A stretch of DNA of 47,823 bases from Parcubacteria group bacterium Licking1014_17 (GCA_007376485.1 VMGJ01000004.1:72717-120539); one strand, 5' to 3'. Shown: positions 1-9,270, counted from the first letter of the stretch. The notes: a model not told the origin generated them from the sequence alone. Numbers and translations are program-made.

Positions 1-33
1 AAGGCGGACGTTCTGCCACTGAACTACGGGCCC
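1..33 (-). tRNA. 5' half of a tRNA cut by the window edge; anticodon starts with U (Ala-UGC or Val-UAC most plausible)
   Basis: Reverse complement reads GGGCCCG TA GTTC AGTGGCA GAAC G TCCGC CTT: acceptor strand, D-arm and 5' anticodon stem. Confidence 0.8.
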
Positions 34-45
34 CCTTCATACACA

Positions 46-70
46 AACATCAGGCGCTTGCCTGATGTTT
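46..70. terminator. Hairpin/terminator downstream of the LOG gene
   Basis: AAACATCAGGC-gctt-GCCTGATGTTT inverted repeat. Confidence 0.55.
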
Positions 71-98
71 ATAACATAAATATTGATAATTGGGAAAC

Positions 99-926
99 CT
101 AAAATTCCGTTCTTTCCGGCGCGTGCTTTATAATTTCCATCGCTTCTTCGGCTGAATTTACGATTCTAAGGATAGCCAAATCGCCGGGATCTATGCCCTC
201 AAATTTTTTCAACACGGTCTTCTCCAAAAATTCAACCATAGGCAGCCAATAATCCCTGCCTATTAATACCACCGGAACGCGGTCATTCATTTTTTTGCAT
301 TGGACCAGCGTGATAATTTCAAACAGCTCATCCAACGTGCCGTAGCCGCCGGGGAAAAACACGTACGCCTGAGCGTAATATGAAAGCATCATTTTACGGA
401 CAAAAAAGTAGTGGAAAGCAATCGCCTTTTCCACGTAAGGATTGATTCTTTGCTCAAACGGCAGTTTAATATTTAAACCTATGGAATCTCCGATATTTTT
501 GTTATCCTCCCCGAATTTTTCCTTTGCTTCAAAGGAGCCGCGATTTCCCGCTTCCATTATTCCCGGTCCCCCGCCGGTGACCAAATCAAAATCGGCGGCG
601 GCGACCATGTAACCGAGCTTTCGCGCTTCTTCGTACCACTGGCTTCCTTCCGGAAACCTAGCCGAGCCGAAGAACGTGACACTCCTCTTTTTCATGTCGG
701 CGAGGAATGTCCAGCCGTCAACGAGTTCCGCCATCACCCTGAATACCCGCCAATGAAAAGACGAACGGAAATCTTTCTCGCCGACATCCTCCTTCTCCAC
801 TAACGGGAGCTTGGAAACCGGCACGTTCATTGACGCCCTTTTTTGTGCTCTGATATCGGCTATCGTTTTTACGTCGGGATTTTCGTGGTCAGCGTCGGCA
901 GGAGTATTTATTTTCTTGGTTGCCAT
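99..926 (-). CDS. LOG family (TIGR00730-like) nucleotide phosphoribohydrolase
   Basis: FGSAR, TGGGPGIMEA, FFVRK and FPGGYGTLDELFE motifs. Confidence 0.9.
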   Translation of the reverse strand: MATKKINTPADADHENPDVKTIADIRAQKRASMNVPVSKLPLVEKEDVGEKDFRSSFHWRVFRVMAELVDGWTFLADMKKRSVTFFGSARFPEGSQWYEEARKLGYMVAAADFDLVTGGGPGIMEAGNRGSFEAKEKFGEDNKNIGDSIGLNIKLPFEQRINPYVEKAIAFHYFFVRKMMLSYYAQAYVFFPGGYGTLDELFEIITLVQCKKMNDRVPVVLIGRDYWLPMVEFLEKTVLKKFEGIDPGDLAILRIVNSAEEAMEIIKHAPERTEF

Positions 927-992
927 ACTAAGTTATTTTAACAAAAAAACGGGATGTTGTTGTCAACATTTGATATTTGGAGATTAATTTTG

Positions 993-1064
993 TGGGTGCG
1001 CCAGGAATCGGACCTGGGGCCTCCGTCTTATCAGGACGGCGTTATACCACTTAACTACGCACCC
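993..1064 (-). tRNA. tRNA-Ile(GAU), CCA not encoded
   Basis: Cloverleaf GGGTGCG..CCGTC CT GAT AA GACGG..CCAGG TCCGATT CCTGG CGCACCC A. Confidence 0.93.
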
Positions 1065-1115
1065 AAGTTTGCAAAACCGGAAATTCTATTTATGATATGA
1101 TAGAATACCAAAAAC

Positions 1116-1664
1116 ATGGATAAAAAGCAAAAACTTGAATATATCTGGGGGGCGATTAAAAGGGCTTATCCCAAGCGGAAACTTGTTTTTAACGACGGTT
1201 CTCCCGACTCGCAAATCATGATAATCGGCGAGGCGCCGGGAGTAGACGAAGAAATCCAGGGCAAGCCGTTTGTCGGGCGCGCCGGAAAACTGCTCAATGC
1301 CACGCTTGAAACTCTGGGCTGGCAAAGGTCGGATTTTTACGTTTCCAATATCGTGAAATACCGCCCGACCGATGAGTTCGGGCGCAACCGTACGCCCACG
1401 CCGGAAGAAATCGAAAAATTCCGGGCGGCTATTGAAAAAGAAATAGAAGCGGTGGACCCGAAAATTGTCGTGCTTTTGGGGAAGGTAGCAATGTCAGGGC
1501 TGGGCGTTGAGGGTGCGATGGGAGAAAACCGTGGCAAGGTTTTTGATAAATTCAACAGAAAAGTTTTGATTACCTATCATCCGGCGGCGATTTTGAGAAA
1601 CATAAACTGGGAGGCGAATTTTAGGTCAGACTTGTCTAAAATAAGGGAATTGCTTGACGCCTGA
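1116..1664 (+). CDS. Uracil-DNA glycosylase, family 4
   Basis: IGEAPG..E..G.PFVGRAG, N.VK.RP and TYHPAA motifs; the Fe-S cysteines are not evident. Confidence 0.92.
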   Translation: MDKKQKLEYIWGAIKRAYPKRKLVFNDGSPDSQIMIIGEAPGVDEEIQGKPFVGRAGKLLNATLETLGWQRSDFYVSNIVKYRPTDEFGRNRTPTPEEIEKFRAAIEKEIEAVDPKIVVLLGKVAMSGLGVEGAMGENRGKVFDKFNRKVLITYHPAAILRNINWEANFRSDLSKIRELLDA

Positions 1665-1665
1665 T

Positions 1666-2694
1666 CTATAGATATTTACTTGCTTCGAGCACATGTTTCA
1701 AAAGCATAGCACAGTAGCCCCATTCATTATCGTACCAGGCGAAAACTTTTACCAAATCTCCATCAACAACTTTAGTCAGCGACAAATCAACAATAGCTCC
1801 GTGAGGGTTGCCTAAAATATCGCTTGAAACCAGCGGTTCTTCCGTGACTTCTATTATGTCTTTCCATCCCAGATTGGCGGCCGCATTTTTGAAAATATTG
1901 TTTATTTCCTCAACCGTTGTTGGCCTACTGGCGATAAAAGTCAGGTCTATTAATGAACCGGAAACAATTGGTATTCTTATAGCCACACCGTCAAATTTAC
2001 CCTCTAGTTCTGTAATGACCCTTGTCGTAGCCTTCGCGGCATTGGTTGTGGAAGGGACTATATTTTGCCCAGCTGCCCTGCCCCGGCGAAAATCACCTTT
2101 TCCTTGGTCTGAACCCGTCGAAGACTTGTCGGGCCCATCAACCAAATTTTGAGTGGCGGTGTAGGCATGGACGGTATTCAGTAAAGCCTTTTTTATTCCG
2201 ATGGATTGGTTGAGTATAGCCACTACCGGGTTGACAGCATTCGTGGTGCAAGAAGCATTTGATGTAATCTTGCCTTTCTGAAGATTCTCCATATGCACAT
2301 TGGGCGTGGCTATCGGCATTGACTCGTCTTTCCCCGCGGCTGTTAAAACAACCCTTTTTGCTCCGGCATCCAAATGTGCCTTGGCTTTTTCGGTCGTTTC
2401 AAAAACGCCGGTTGACTCTACAACGACATCTATCCCCAACTCTCCCCACGGCAGTTTTGCCGGATCTTTTTCCTGAAAAACTTTGATGCTTTTTCCGGCA
2501 ACAATCAGATTTCCATTTTGGAACGAGACATCCTTGTCATATTTCCCATAAACAGTGTCATATTTCAGAAGATAAGCTAAACTTTCCCCTGAACCCAGAT
2601 CGTTGATAGCAACGATCTCTATTTCAGGCGCGCCAAACGCCTGCCTAAAAAATATCCTGCCAATCCTTCCGAAACCATTAATTGCGATTTTCAT
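1666..2694 (-). CDS. gap: Glyceraldehyde-3-phosphate dehydrogenase (type I)
   Basis: INGFGRIGR, SNASCTTN and WYDNEWGY motifs. Confidence 0.97.
   Translation of the reverse strand: MKIAINGFGRIGRIFFRQAFGAPEIEIVAINDLGSGESLAYLLKYDTVYGKYDKDVSFQNGNLIVAGKSIKVFQEKDPAKLPWGELGIDVVVESTGVFETTEKAKAHLDAGAKRVVLTAAGKDESMPIATPNVHMENLQKGKITSNASCTTNAVNPVVAILNQSIGIKKALLNTVHAYTATQNLVDGPDKSSTGSDQGKGDFRRGRAAGQNIVPSTTNAAKATTRVITELEGKFDGVAIRIPIVSGSLIDLTFIASRPTTVEEINNIFKNAAANLGWKDIIEVTEEPLVSSDILGNPHGAIVDLSLTKVVDGDLVKVFAWYDNEWGYCAMLLKHVLEASKYL
2103..2125 (-). repeat. Short REP-like element inserted in frame in gap (encodes ~SSTGSDQ)
   Basis: TCTTCGACGGGTTCAGACCAAGG resembles CCTTCGACCGGCTCAGGACAGG at 31253-31274; it sits in the DGP..D.RR S-loop. 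Confidence 0.6.
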
Positions 2695-2703
2695 AAGTAT
2701 ATT

Positions 2704-3342
2704 TTATGCCAATTTTGAAACCGGTGCAAAGCTTCGGCGGTGGATTTCGGTGGGACCAAAAGCCAAAAGCGCGGTTTTATGGAGTTTTGTCCCATAGCCC
2801 TTATGTTTTTCAAAGCCGTAATTTGGGTAGCGCTTGGCGTAATTTATCATCCTTTTGTCGCGGTGGACTTTTGCCAAAATTGAGGCGCAGGCGATGGCAA
2901 AAACCCGCCTGTCGCCTTTTACGATTGCCGATTGTTCGTATTGTAAATTTTGGATTTTTGCCGGACCGTCAACGAGAATAAAAGTTTTTCGAGGATTTAA
3001 TTTTAGTTTTTTGACCGCTCGTTTCATCGCTCTTCTCGCCGCCTGATAGATGTTTATTTTGTCTATGGTTTTTGGCAGGCAATAAGCCAGCTCATAGCGA
3101 ATCCCCTTTTCTTTTTTGAGTTCCTCGGCGAATTTTTCGCGTTGTTTATGCGAAAGCAATTTTGAATCGCGCAGCCAGCACAATTTTTTGTGAGTCTTTT
3201 TATAGAAATTTTTTGTGAAAGTGACGGCGCAAACCACCACGGGTCCGGCAAGACAGCCCATTCCGACCTCATCTATGCCACAAACAAACCGCCAGCCGTC
3301 GGCAAAAAGTTTTTTTTCAATTGTCTTGGTGGGTAGTTTCAC
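2704..3342 (-). CDS. rnhB: Ribonuclease HII (probable GTG start at 3342; the ORF track extends it to 3426 into a repeat)
   Basis: GIDEVG.G.LAGPV, DSK.L, KGD, ASILAKV.RD, HKGYGT and HRRSF motifs. Confidence 0.93.
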   Translation of the reverse strand: MKLPTKTIEKKLFADGWRFVCGIDEVGMGCLAGPVVVCAVTFTKNFYKKTHKKLCWLRDSKLLSHKQREKFAEELKKEKGIRYELAYCLPKTIDKINIYQAARRAMKRAVKKLKLNPRKTFILVDGPAKIQNLQYEQSAIVKGDRRVFAIACASILAKVHRDKRMINYAKRYPNYGFEKHKGYGTKLHKTALLAFGPTEIHRRSFAPVSKLA

Positions 3343-3349
3343 TGAGTCT

Positions 3350-3537
3350 GGGGCTGATGTGTTTTTCGGGACTGGATTTTCTCCATGGCCTCGACTGAGC
3401 TCAGCCGAAGTCCGAAGAAAATCCATCTGGTGAAGTCGTTGTCATTTGTCAAGATATTCGTCCGCTCTAGGCGGACTCAATCATTGACAAAACCATGCTG
3501 ACAGCGACTTCAACAGCCCTCAAAACACATCAGCCCC
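3350..3537 (-). repeat. Long multibranched palindromic element A (tandem-G.A hairpin family)
   Basis: Terminal stem GGGGCTGATGTGTTTT-GA-GGG / CCC-GA-AAAACACATCAGCCCC, with internal stems GGATTTTCT/AGAAAATCC and TGAAGTCGTTGTCA/TGACAGCGACTTCA. Confidence 0.8.
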
Positions 3538-3543
3538 GCCTGT

Positions 3544-4011
3544 TTATCGTCTTCTTTCATTAATTTTGTAAAGCGCTATCCCCGTCGCTACAGCGACATT
3601 CAACGATTCTTTTTTGCCGTGCATTGGGATTTTAATGACGTTATCCGTGTATTTGAGAATAATTTTACTCAAGCCCTTTTTCTCATTGCCGACCATCAAA
3701 GCCAGTGGAAACTTCGGTTTGTATCGGGCTAATAAACTGCTTTTCTCGTTTATCTCCAGGGCGGCAATACGGTAGCCCTTACTTTTCAAGTTTCTCAAAA
3801 GTTCCCAGGTGTGGTTATATTTTTTCCAAGGGACGACTTTTTCGGCGCCGAGGGAAGTTTTGGCGACTTTCTTGCTGTTTGGCGTCGGCGAATAGCCACA
3901 GATAAAAACCTCGCTGACCCCCATGGCATCGGCGGTGCGCATTATGGAGCCCACATTATATGCGCTTCTTACGCAATGGATTACCAGCGCCAATTGTTGC
4001 TTAAACTCCAT
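3544..4011 (-). CDS. SpoU/TrmH family RNA 2'-O-methyltransferase
   Basis: N.GSI.RTA, GNE..GL and IPM.G..ESLNVA SPOUT motifs. Confidence 0.92.
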   Translation of the reverse strand: MEFKQQLALVIHCVRSAYNVGSIMRTADAMGVSEVFICGYSPTPNSKKVAKTSLGAEKVVPWKKYNHTWELLRNLKSKGYRIAALEINEKSSLLARYKPKFPLALMVGNEKKGLSKIILKYTDNVIKIPMHGKKESLNVAVATGIALYKINERRR

Positions 4012-4053
4012 GTATGCTATATTACTATCATATAATATTTAATTAATAAACCT

Positions 4054-4812
4054 ATGAACGAAAATCAAAAAAAGGTTCTTTTTTGGGTGGGGATAATAGC
4101 CGGTATTTCGCTGATTATCTTCCTTTTGGTCAGCGCTCAGCACACCTATAATACAGCGGCGACGACCAACACGGTTTCGTTTTCCGGCGAGGGTAAAGTG
4201 ACAGCGAAACCGGACATTTCGGTAATGAATTTCACCATTGAAACCCGCGCCGCCGATTCAAAAACCGCCCAGGACAGCAATACCAAGAAATCCAATGCCG
4301 TCGTGGACTATCTGAAACAGCAAGGCGTTGAAGACAAAGATGTCAAAACGTCCTCTTATTTCATCCAGCCGGAATACGGCGCTTGGTGCTACTATCCGAA
4401 ATGCAATCCCGAAAGACCGGGGAAAATCATCGGCTACATAGTTAACCAAGGTTTCGAGGTAAAAATCAGGGACTTAACGAAAGTGAGCATCATTACCGAT
4501 GGCGTGGTGACAGCGGGCGCCAATCGGATTGATGGCATTACTTTTACCATTGAAGATACTGACGCGCTGAAGGCAAAGGCGAGGGAGGAAGCTATTAAGA
4601 AAGCGAAACAAAAAGCCGTCGAACTTGAACAGCAGGTGGGTATTGATCTGGGTAAAATCGTAAACTTTTCCGAGAGCGGTAATTTCCCCGTGCAGATGGC
4701 GTATGATAAAGCCAATCTGGGTATAGGCGGAGGTGGCGGCGCTGGCCCGTCGCTTCCCACCGGCGAGAACGATATCGTGGTTGATGTGACAATAACGTAT
4801 CAAATAAAATAA
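4054..4812 (+). CDS. SIMPL domain (YggE/BP26-like) membrane-anchored protein
   Basis: N-terminal TM helix, V.FSGEG.V.AKPD, GAN.I.GI.F and the C-terminal V.V.ITY strand. Confidence 0.88.
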   Translation: MNENQKKVLFWVGIIAGISLIIFLLVSAQHTYNTAATTNTVSFSGEGKVTAKPDISVMNFTIETRAADSKTAQDSNTKKSNAVVDYLKQQGVEDKDVKTSSYFIQPEYGAWCYYPKCNPERPGKIIGYIVNQGFEVKIRDLTKVSIITDGVVTAGANRIDGITFTIEDTDALKAKAREEAIKKAKQKAVELEQQVGIDLGKIVNFSESGNFPVQMAYDKANLGIGGGGGAGPSLPTGENDIVVDVTITYQIK

Positions 4813-4865
4813 CAGCCGGTATAGTCGGTCAATTATCAGTTAATCGATTTACTTGGTTATAAAAT

Positions 4866-5174
4866 ATGAGTGGGTTTATAGAAGATATGCCAGGCAAAAG
4901 CCCCGAGGATGATATAAGAAATGAGGGATTGAGAGAAATCAAAGGAATCATTCGCGAAAATTCCGACAGGGGAGCCTCAATCATTAGAGAAGCACTTACT
5001 AAATTTGTTGCGGGCGGTGGCACCGACAAGGATTTAGATAAATTTATGGACGACATCAGAGAGGTATTTTTAGATGGCATGAAAAGAGTAGACCAATCGA
5101 TGAAACAGCATAAAATAGATAAAGCCAATCTTGATTTCAGCTCGCCGGAAATTTCAGAGAAAGACGACGAATAA
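4866..5174 (+). CDS. Hypothetical protein (102 aa, charged)
   Basis: ATG ORF co-oriented with the SIMPL gene and followed by a terminator. Confidence 0.6.
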   Translation: MSGFIEDMPGKSPEDDIRNEGLREIKGIIRENSDRGASIIREALTKFVAGGGTDKDLDKFMDDIREVFLDGMKRVDQSMKQHKIDKANLDFSSPEISEKDDE

Positions 5175-5198
5175 ATAAAATAAGGATCTATAAACACT

Positions 5199-5222
5199 AA
5201 AACCGCCCCGGAGGGCGGTTTT
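5199..5222. terminator. Bidirectional intrinsic terminator between the + genes and the 16S trailer
   Basis: AAAACCGCCC-cgga-GGGCGGTTTT. Confidence 0.75.
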
Positions 5223-5536
5223 AGATAGATGTAATTTCTTACCGAGAACCAGACCATTGCGAATTATTCGATATCCGCGAACGCCAACAGATTAAGCCAA
5301 GTTGGCTGGCTGCAAATCACGCGAGTTGAACGTTATGCCGAGGGCGCATTTACCAGCCCCCAACATAACGTGTCTACCGACAAGCCGCCTTCGCCCTTAC
5401 GGGCTTCGGCGAGCCGAGGCAAACCTCGCATAACCTGCATCGACACTCAAAGTTTTCTATACTCAAACCTTTCTCAAGGTTGTTTTATATAGAAAGGAGG
5501 TGATCCACGAGCAGGTTCTCCTACCCGTGCCTTGTT

Positions 5537-6445
5537 CATGTTCTTCCACGTGTTTCCACGGGCATGGACTATATCTTCACCCAGCTCCGATTTAAAAGAC
5601 TGGGGCTGGGGCCGACGTGTTATGGCGCATAATCTAAGCGCCATCCGATCCTTTTGGATCAAGTCTCTACAGGGCCAGGAAAATCACATCTTCAACCGAG
5701 TTTATACCGCATTGAAGGAATTATATAGTCTACAATTAGGTTGTGGAATTTTTGGGCGGACGATTTATTTATGTACATTCTATAATGCCCATGATTTTTT
5801 TCTAAACCCATGCTTAAGTCGTACATCTTTGACAGCATTCCTTTTATTTTCACATTTTCTTCGTCAGTAAACGACTGCGAATTAATGTGATATCCACGAA
5901 AGTACCCACTTGCCTTAATTGCATTTCCATCATCCATAAACCAAACTGCTAATGTTACTGGATTTTTAAGATAGGCATCTATATTTGAGGGGATAATCTT
6001 TCTACCATTTCTATAAAATTCATTTCTTAATTCTGTTCTTAATTCTGTTATTTCTCTATGACTGACAGTTCTAAACTGGAACGAATTATTCCACCCATCT
6101 AACTTTGGTGCTGTTAGCACCCATTCTTTAAAGATCTCATATTTCCAAAACACATAATCTTTGTGTTTTATATTATGATTGACTTTCAATTTATAGTTCG
6201 TTTTTGACCAATTTGGTTCAAGATGTCCATCCCCAAGTATGTTGCCTATTAACACCGCCCTTTGATATTCGGTCAATGTTAATTTCTTGATGAGGTTTCT
6301 AATTTCAGTTGAATATGTGATTTTCCTAGCTTCCCTCGGTATTACCTGCATACCTTATTTTAGCACAAAATAAGAGTGAAGGCTTCACCGATTTCAGTCA
6401 GATTTGTTGTCAAGATTGCTCTTGACAAGTCGCTCATTTTATTGG
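5537..6445 (-). mobile_element. Group I intron after 16S U1498 (909 nt)
   Basis: Splits AAGTCGT|AACAAGG. The 5' exon ends in U and pairs with IGS GCGACTT; the intron ends in G; R (GTAGAGACT) and S (AAGATATAGTCC) core elements are present. Confidence 0.92.
5692..6351 (-). CDS. Intron-encoded LAGLIDADG homing endonuclease
   Basis: LIGNILGDGHL and LAVWFMDDG motifs; lies inside the S1498 intron. Confidence 0.92.
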   Translation of the reverse strand: MQVIPREARKITYSTEIRNLIKKLTLTEYQRAVLIGNILGDGHLEPNWSKTNYKLKVNHNIKHKDYVFWKYEIFKEWVLTAPKLDGWNNSFQFRTVSHREITELRTELRNEFYRNGRKIIPSNIDAYLKNPVTLAVWFMDDGNAIKASGYFRGYHINSQSFTDEENVKIKGMLSKMYDLSMGLEKNHGHYRMYINKSSAQKFHNLIVDYIIPSMRYKLG

Positions 6446-6572
6446 ACGACTTAGTCCTTGTTACCGAGCCTACCGTAGTGCCATTTATAAATAAACGGAC
6501 CTTCGGGTATTCCCGGCTCCCCTGACTTGACGGGCGGTGAGTGCAAAGCTCGAGAACGTATTCACCGCGGCG

Positions 6573-6611
<39 letters not shown>

Positions 6612-7133
6612 GCAAGTTTCAGCCTCCAATCCGAACTGAGGGCGTATTTGATGGGATTAGCTCCGCCTTACGGCTTGGCAGCCCATTGTTGCGCCCATTG
6701 TATCATGTGTGTAGCCCAGGGTATCAGAGGGCCACGCTGACTTGACGTCATCCCCGCCTTCCTCCCGGTTAACCCGGGCAGTCTTGCCTGACAACATATA
6801 ACAGGCAACGGGGGTTGCGCTCGTTTACCCACTTAAGGGAACCAGTCGCCTGACGAGCTGACGACAGCCGTGCAGCACCTGTACAGCACCCTCGAAGGCG
6901 GCCCGACTTTCGTCAGGCTTGCAGCTGTATTTCAAACCCTGGTGAGGTTTTTCGCTCTGTGTCGAATTGAACCACATGATCCACCGCTTGTGCGAGCTCC
7001 CGCCTATTCCTTTGAGTTTTAATCTTGCGATCGTACTTCCCAGGCGGCAGACTTAACGCGTTAGCTACGCCACTGGGAGGGTCGATGCTCCCAATAGCCA
7101 GTCTGCATCGTTTAGGGCGTGGACTACAAGGGT

Positions 7134-8127
7134 CTACTTGTTTAATTGCAACAAAAATTGTTGCGCTCCAATTACTTGGAGGATCGGACTATATCATTCT
7201 CTGAAATTTTTCCATTTCTTTTTCTTTTCATCAGTATATTTTTGGACTAAATCTTCTGGAAACCCAGTTAATTTGGAAACTTCAGAGATCCAGCGTTGTT
7301 GTAATTCAATGTTTTTGTAAAGAAGCGTAACCTTAGGCAACATTTGGGGTACTTTAATATAGGGCAAAATAATTCGCAGAAGTTTTTGCAATTCTTCGCT
7401 GGAGCGGATCCATAACCGATAATACTCAATATGTTTTCCATTCCAATCTCGATTTATCTTCCCGATATGAGTAGTCACGCCCCATACCTTTAATAAGTAT
7501 CGGGCAAGAATTTTCTGGTCTTCTAATGTGAATGGGTCGGTGCATAAGACGCCGCGTCTTCCATTTACAATCAGTGAGCCATCATCAAGCCACCAAATTG
7601 CCAGAGATAAAGGGCTTAACATGTTCAACCATTTGCGGCGAACACGAAACTTACCCTTATCATTCGTCAAATCATGTAGGTTAGTAAGCGATTCAAGAGC
7701 TAGGCTTTGAAATCTTAATTTTTCTCCGCCTAGACCATCAGACTCCTTACTTTTCCAATAATATGATTTGCTAGTGATTTCTTTTAGTTGTTCCGCTTTC
7801 CAGAAAAAATATTCTTTCTGGTTAATCGAATGCCTAAAAGAAAATCTCGCGTTCCTATAAGGCGGATGGATTTTTAACGACCCATCGCCCAACAAAGAAC
7901 CCAAAATTATTTCTTTACATTTATCCGACAAAAATGATTTAATCATTTTCTATCTTTTGATATTACATAGTCTCTACGGGGTCCGACGTTACGTCGGACT
8001 TCCCTCGGGATTACCCTTCAGATAAGAAGGGTTTCCCCGATACAGCTGGATGCACATCTCGATATCACTATCGAGAGGGACACCGTTTAGCATGCTCCTC
8101 GATTTTTATCGATGCACGCAAGGATTT
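7134..8127 (-). mobile_element. Group I intron after 16S U793 (994 nt)
   Basis: Splits GGATTAGAT|ACCC; ends in G; R (CCGTAGAGACTA) and S (ATGATATAGTCC) present. Confidence 0.92.
7194..7946 (-). CDS. Intron-encoded LAGLIDADG homing endonuclease
   Basis: ILGSLLGDGSL and LAIWWLDDG motifs; lies between the R and S elements. Confidence 0.92.
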   Translation of the reverse strand: MIKSFLSDKCKEIILGSLLGDGSLKIHPPYRNARFSFRHSINQKEYFFWKAEQLKEITSKSYYWKSKESDGLGGEKLRFQSLALESLTNLHDLTNDKGKFRVRRKWLNMLSPLSLAIWWLDDGSLIVNGRRGVLCTDPFTLEDQKILARYLLKVWGVTTHIGKINRDWNGKHIEYYRLWIRSSEELQKLLRIILPYIKVPQMLPKVTLLYKNIELQQRWISEVSKLTGFPEDLVQKYTDEKKKKWKNFRE

Positions 8128-8404
8128 ATCTAATCCTTTTTGATCCCCACGCTTTCGCGATTGACCGTCAGCAAAGCCCTAGCAAGCTGCTTCCGCTTTT
8201 GGTGTTCCGTGTGATATCAACGCATTTCACCGCTACACCACACGTTCCGCTTGCCTCTGACTTGCTCTAGCCCGTACGTTTCTGACGCGGTTTCACCGTT
8301 AGGCGGTGAGATTTAACGACAGACTATACGAGCCGGCTGCTCGCGCTTTACGCCCAGTAAATCCGGATAACGCTCGAGGTCTCTGTATTACCGCTGCTGC
8401 TGGC

Positions 8405-9270
8405 TATACTATTTGTATTAGTAGTATGGACTATATCATCACCCAGTTAAAAAACTGGGGCTCAGCGTGTTATGGATGCCAACCGACCTCCATCCGTCGT
8501 GTTTAAACGACAAGTCTCTGAGGGGTATCTAAATCGAGGTAATTTATATCTAAAGCAATCAAGTACATGGGGCGAGATCAGTTGTGTGAATCTGCTTCGT
8601 CCTCGCGCTCCGATATATATTCTCGGCTGCCGTTTTCCACGGCAAAGCGTATAATGTACCGACGTGCTTATTTTGAAATTGGAATCCAGTGCACTGGCAA
8701 GTCTCTTCGCTTCTCTTAGAGTAAAGCAGTTGGTGCATAAATGAAACGCGCAGTGATCGTTTTTTCTATAATCAAGCGTGCCGTCATCCATAAACCAAAC
8801 TGCCAAACTGACAGGAGAAATCAGCAGTTTATCGATATTTTCAGGAACTTTTTTGACTCTATTTTTATAGAACAAACCATGAAGTTCATTTAACTCCTTT
8901 GAGTAAAATGAACGCGCATACCATTGCTGGTTATCTGTCCTTTGTTTTGGTTCTGTATGAAATAAATCATACAGATTTTGATACAGCCAAAAAACATATT
9001 CCTTATATCGATTAGCCTGCTTGATACTTAAACTGGTAGTTCCAGCTTTCGAGTAATGAATATAACTATCACCCAATAAAGTGCCTATAATTATACTCTT
9101 TTGATACTCGGTCATACCTCATTTTAACATACTTCCCTGCGGATTGTCTTTTACCGTGCCTTGCCATAATGCAAGGTATTCAGCGGACGACAAAAGATGT
9201 TCCCGCATATAAGCTGAGTTTTCCTATCTCTCATTACTGAGAGAGCTCTGCGCCGACTCTTTTTGAGTCC
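8405..9270 (-). mobile_element. Group I intron after 16S U516 (866 nt)
   Basis: Splits CTCTGT|GCCAGC. IGS GGCGCAGAG pairs with both exons; Q (AATCCGCAGGGAAG), R (TCAGAGACT) and S (GATATAGTCC) present. Confidence 0.9.
8462..9115 (-). CDS. Intron-encoded LAGLIDADG homing endonuclease
   Basis: IIGTLLGDSYI and LAVWFMDDG motifs. Confidence 0.92.
   Translation of the reverse strand: MTEYQKSIIIGTLLGDSYIHYSKAGTTSLSIKQANRYKEYVFWLYQNLYDLFHTEPKQRTDNQQWYARSFYSKELNELHGLFYKNRVKKVPENIDKLLISPVSLAVWFMDDGTLDYRKNDHCAFHLCTNCFTLREAKRLASALDSNFKISTSVHYTLCRGKRQPRIYIGARGRSRFTQLISPHVLDCFRYKLPRFRYPSETCRLNTTDGGRLASITR

Noticed and set aside
99-926. LOG/SLOG-fold protein as the missing partner of the TIR gene
   Set aside because: It is a stand-alone housekeeping-type LOG with intact PGGxGT, 14 kb from the TIR, with no effector domain.
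3343-3426. N-terminal extension of RNase HII (MDFLRTSAELSRG..)
   Set aside because: It is translated palindromic element A; a GTG at 3342 gives a normal-length enzyme.
5230-5470. tmRNA, 5S or SRP RNA in the 16S trailer (a GGGGCTG is present)
   Set aside because: No T-arm/CCA end, tag reading frame, 5S blocks or SRP domain IV motif could be found; kept only as an unnamed structure.
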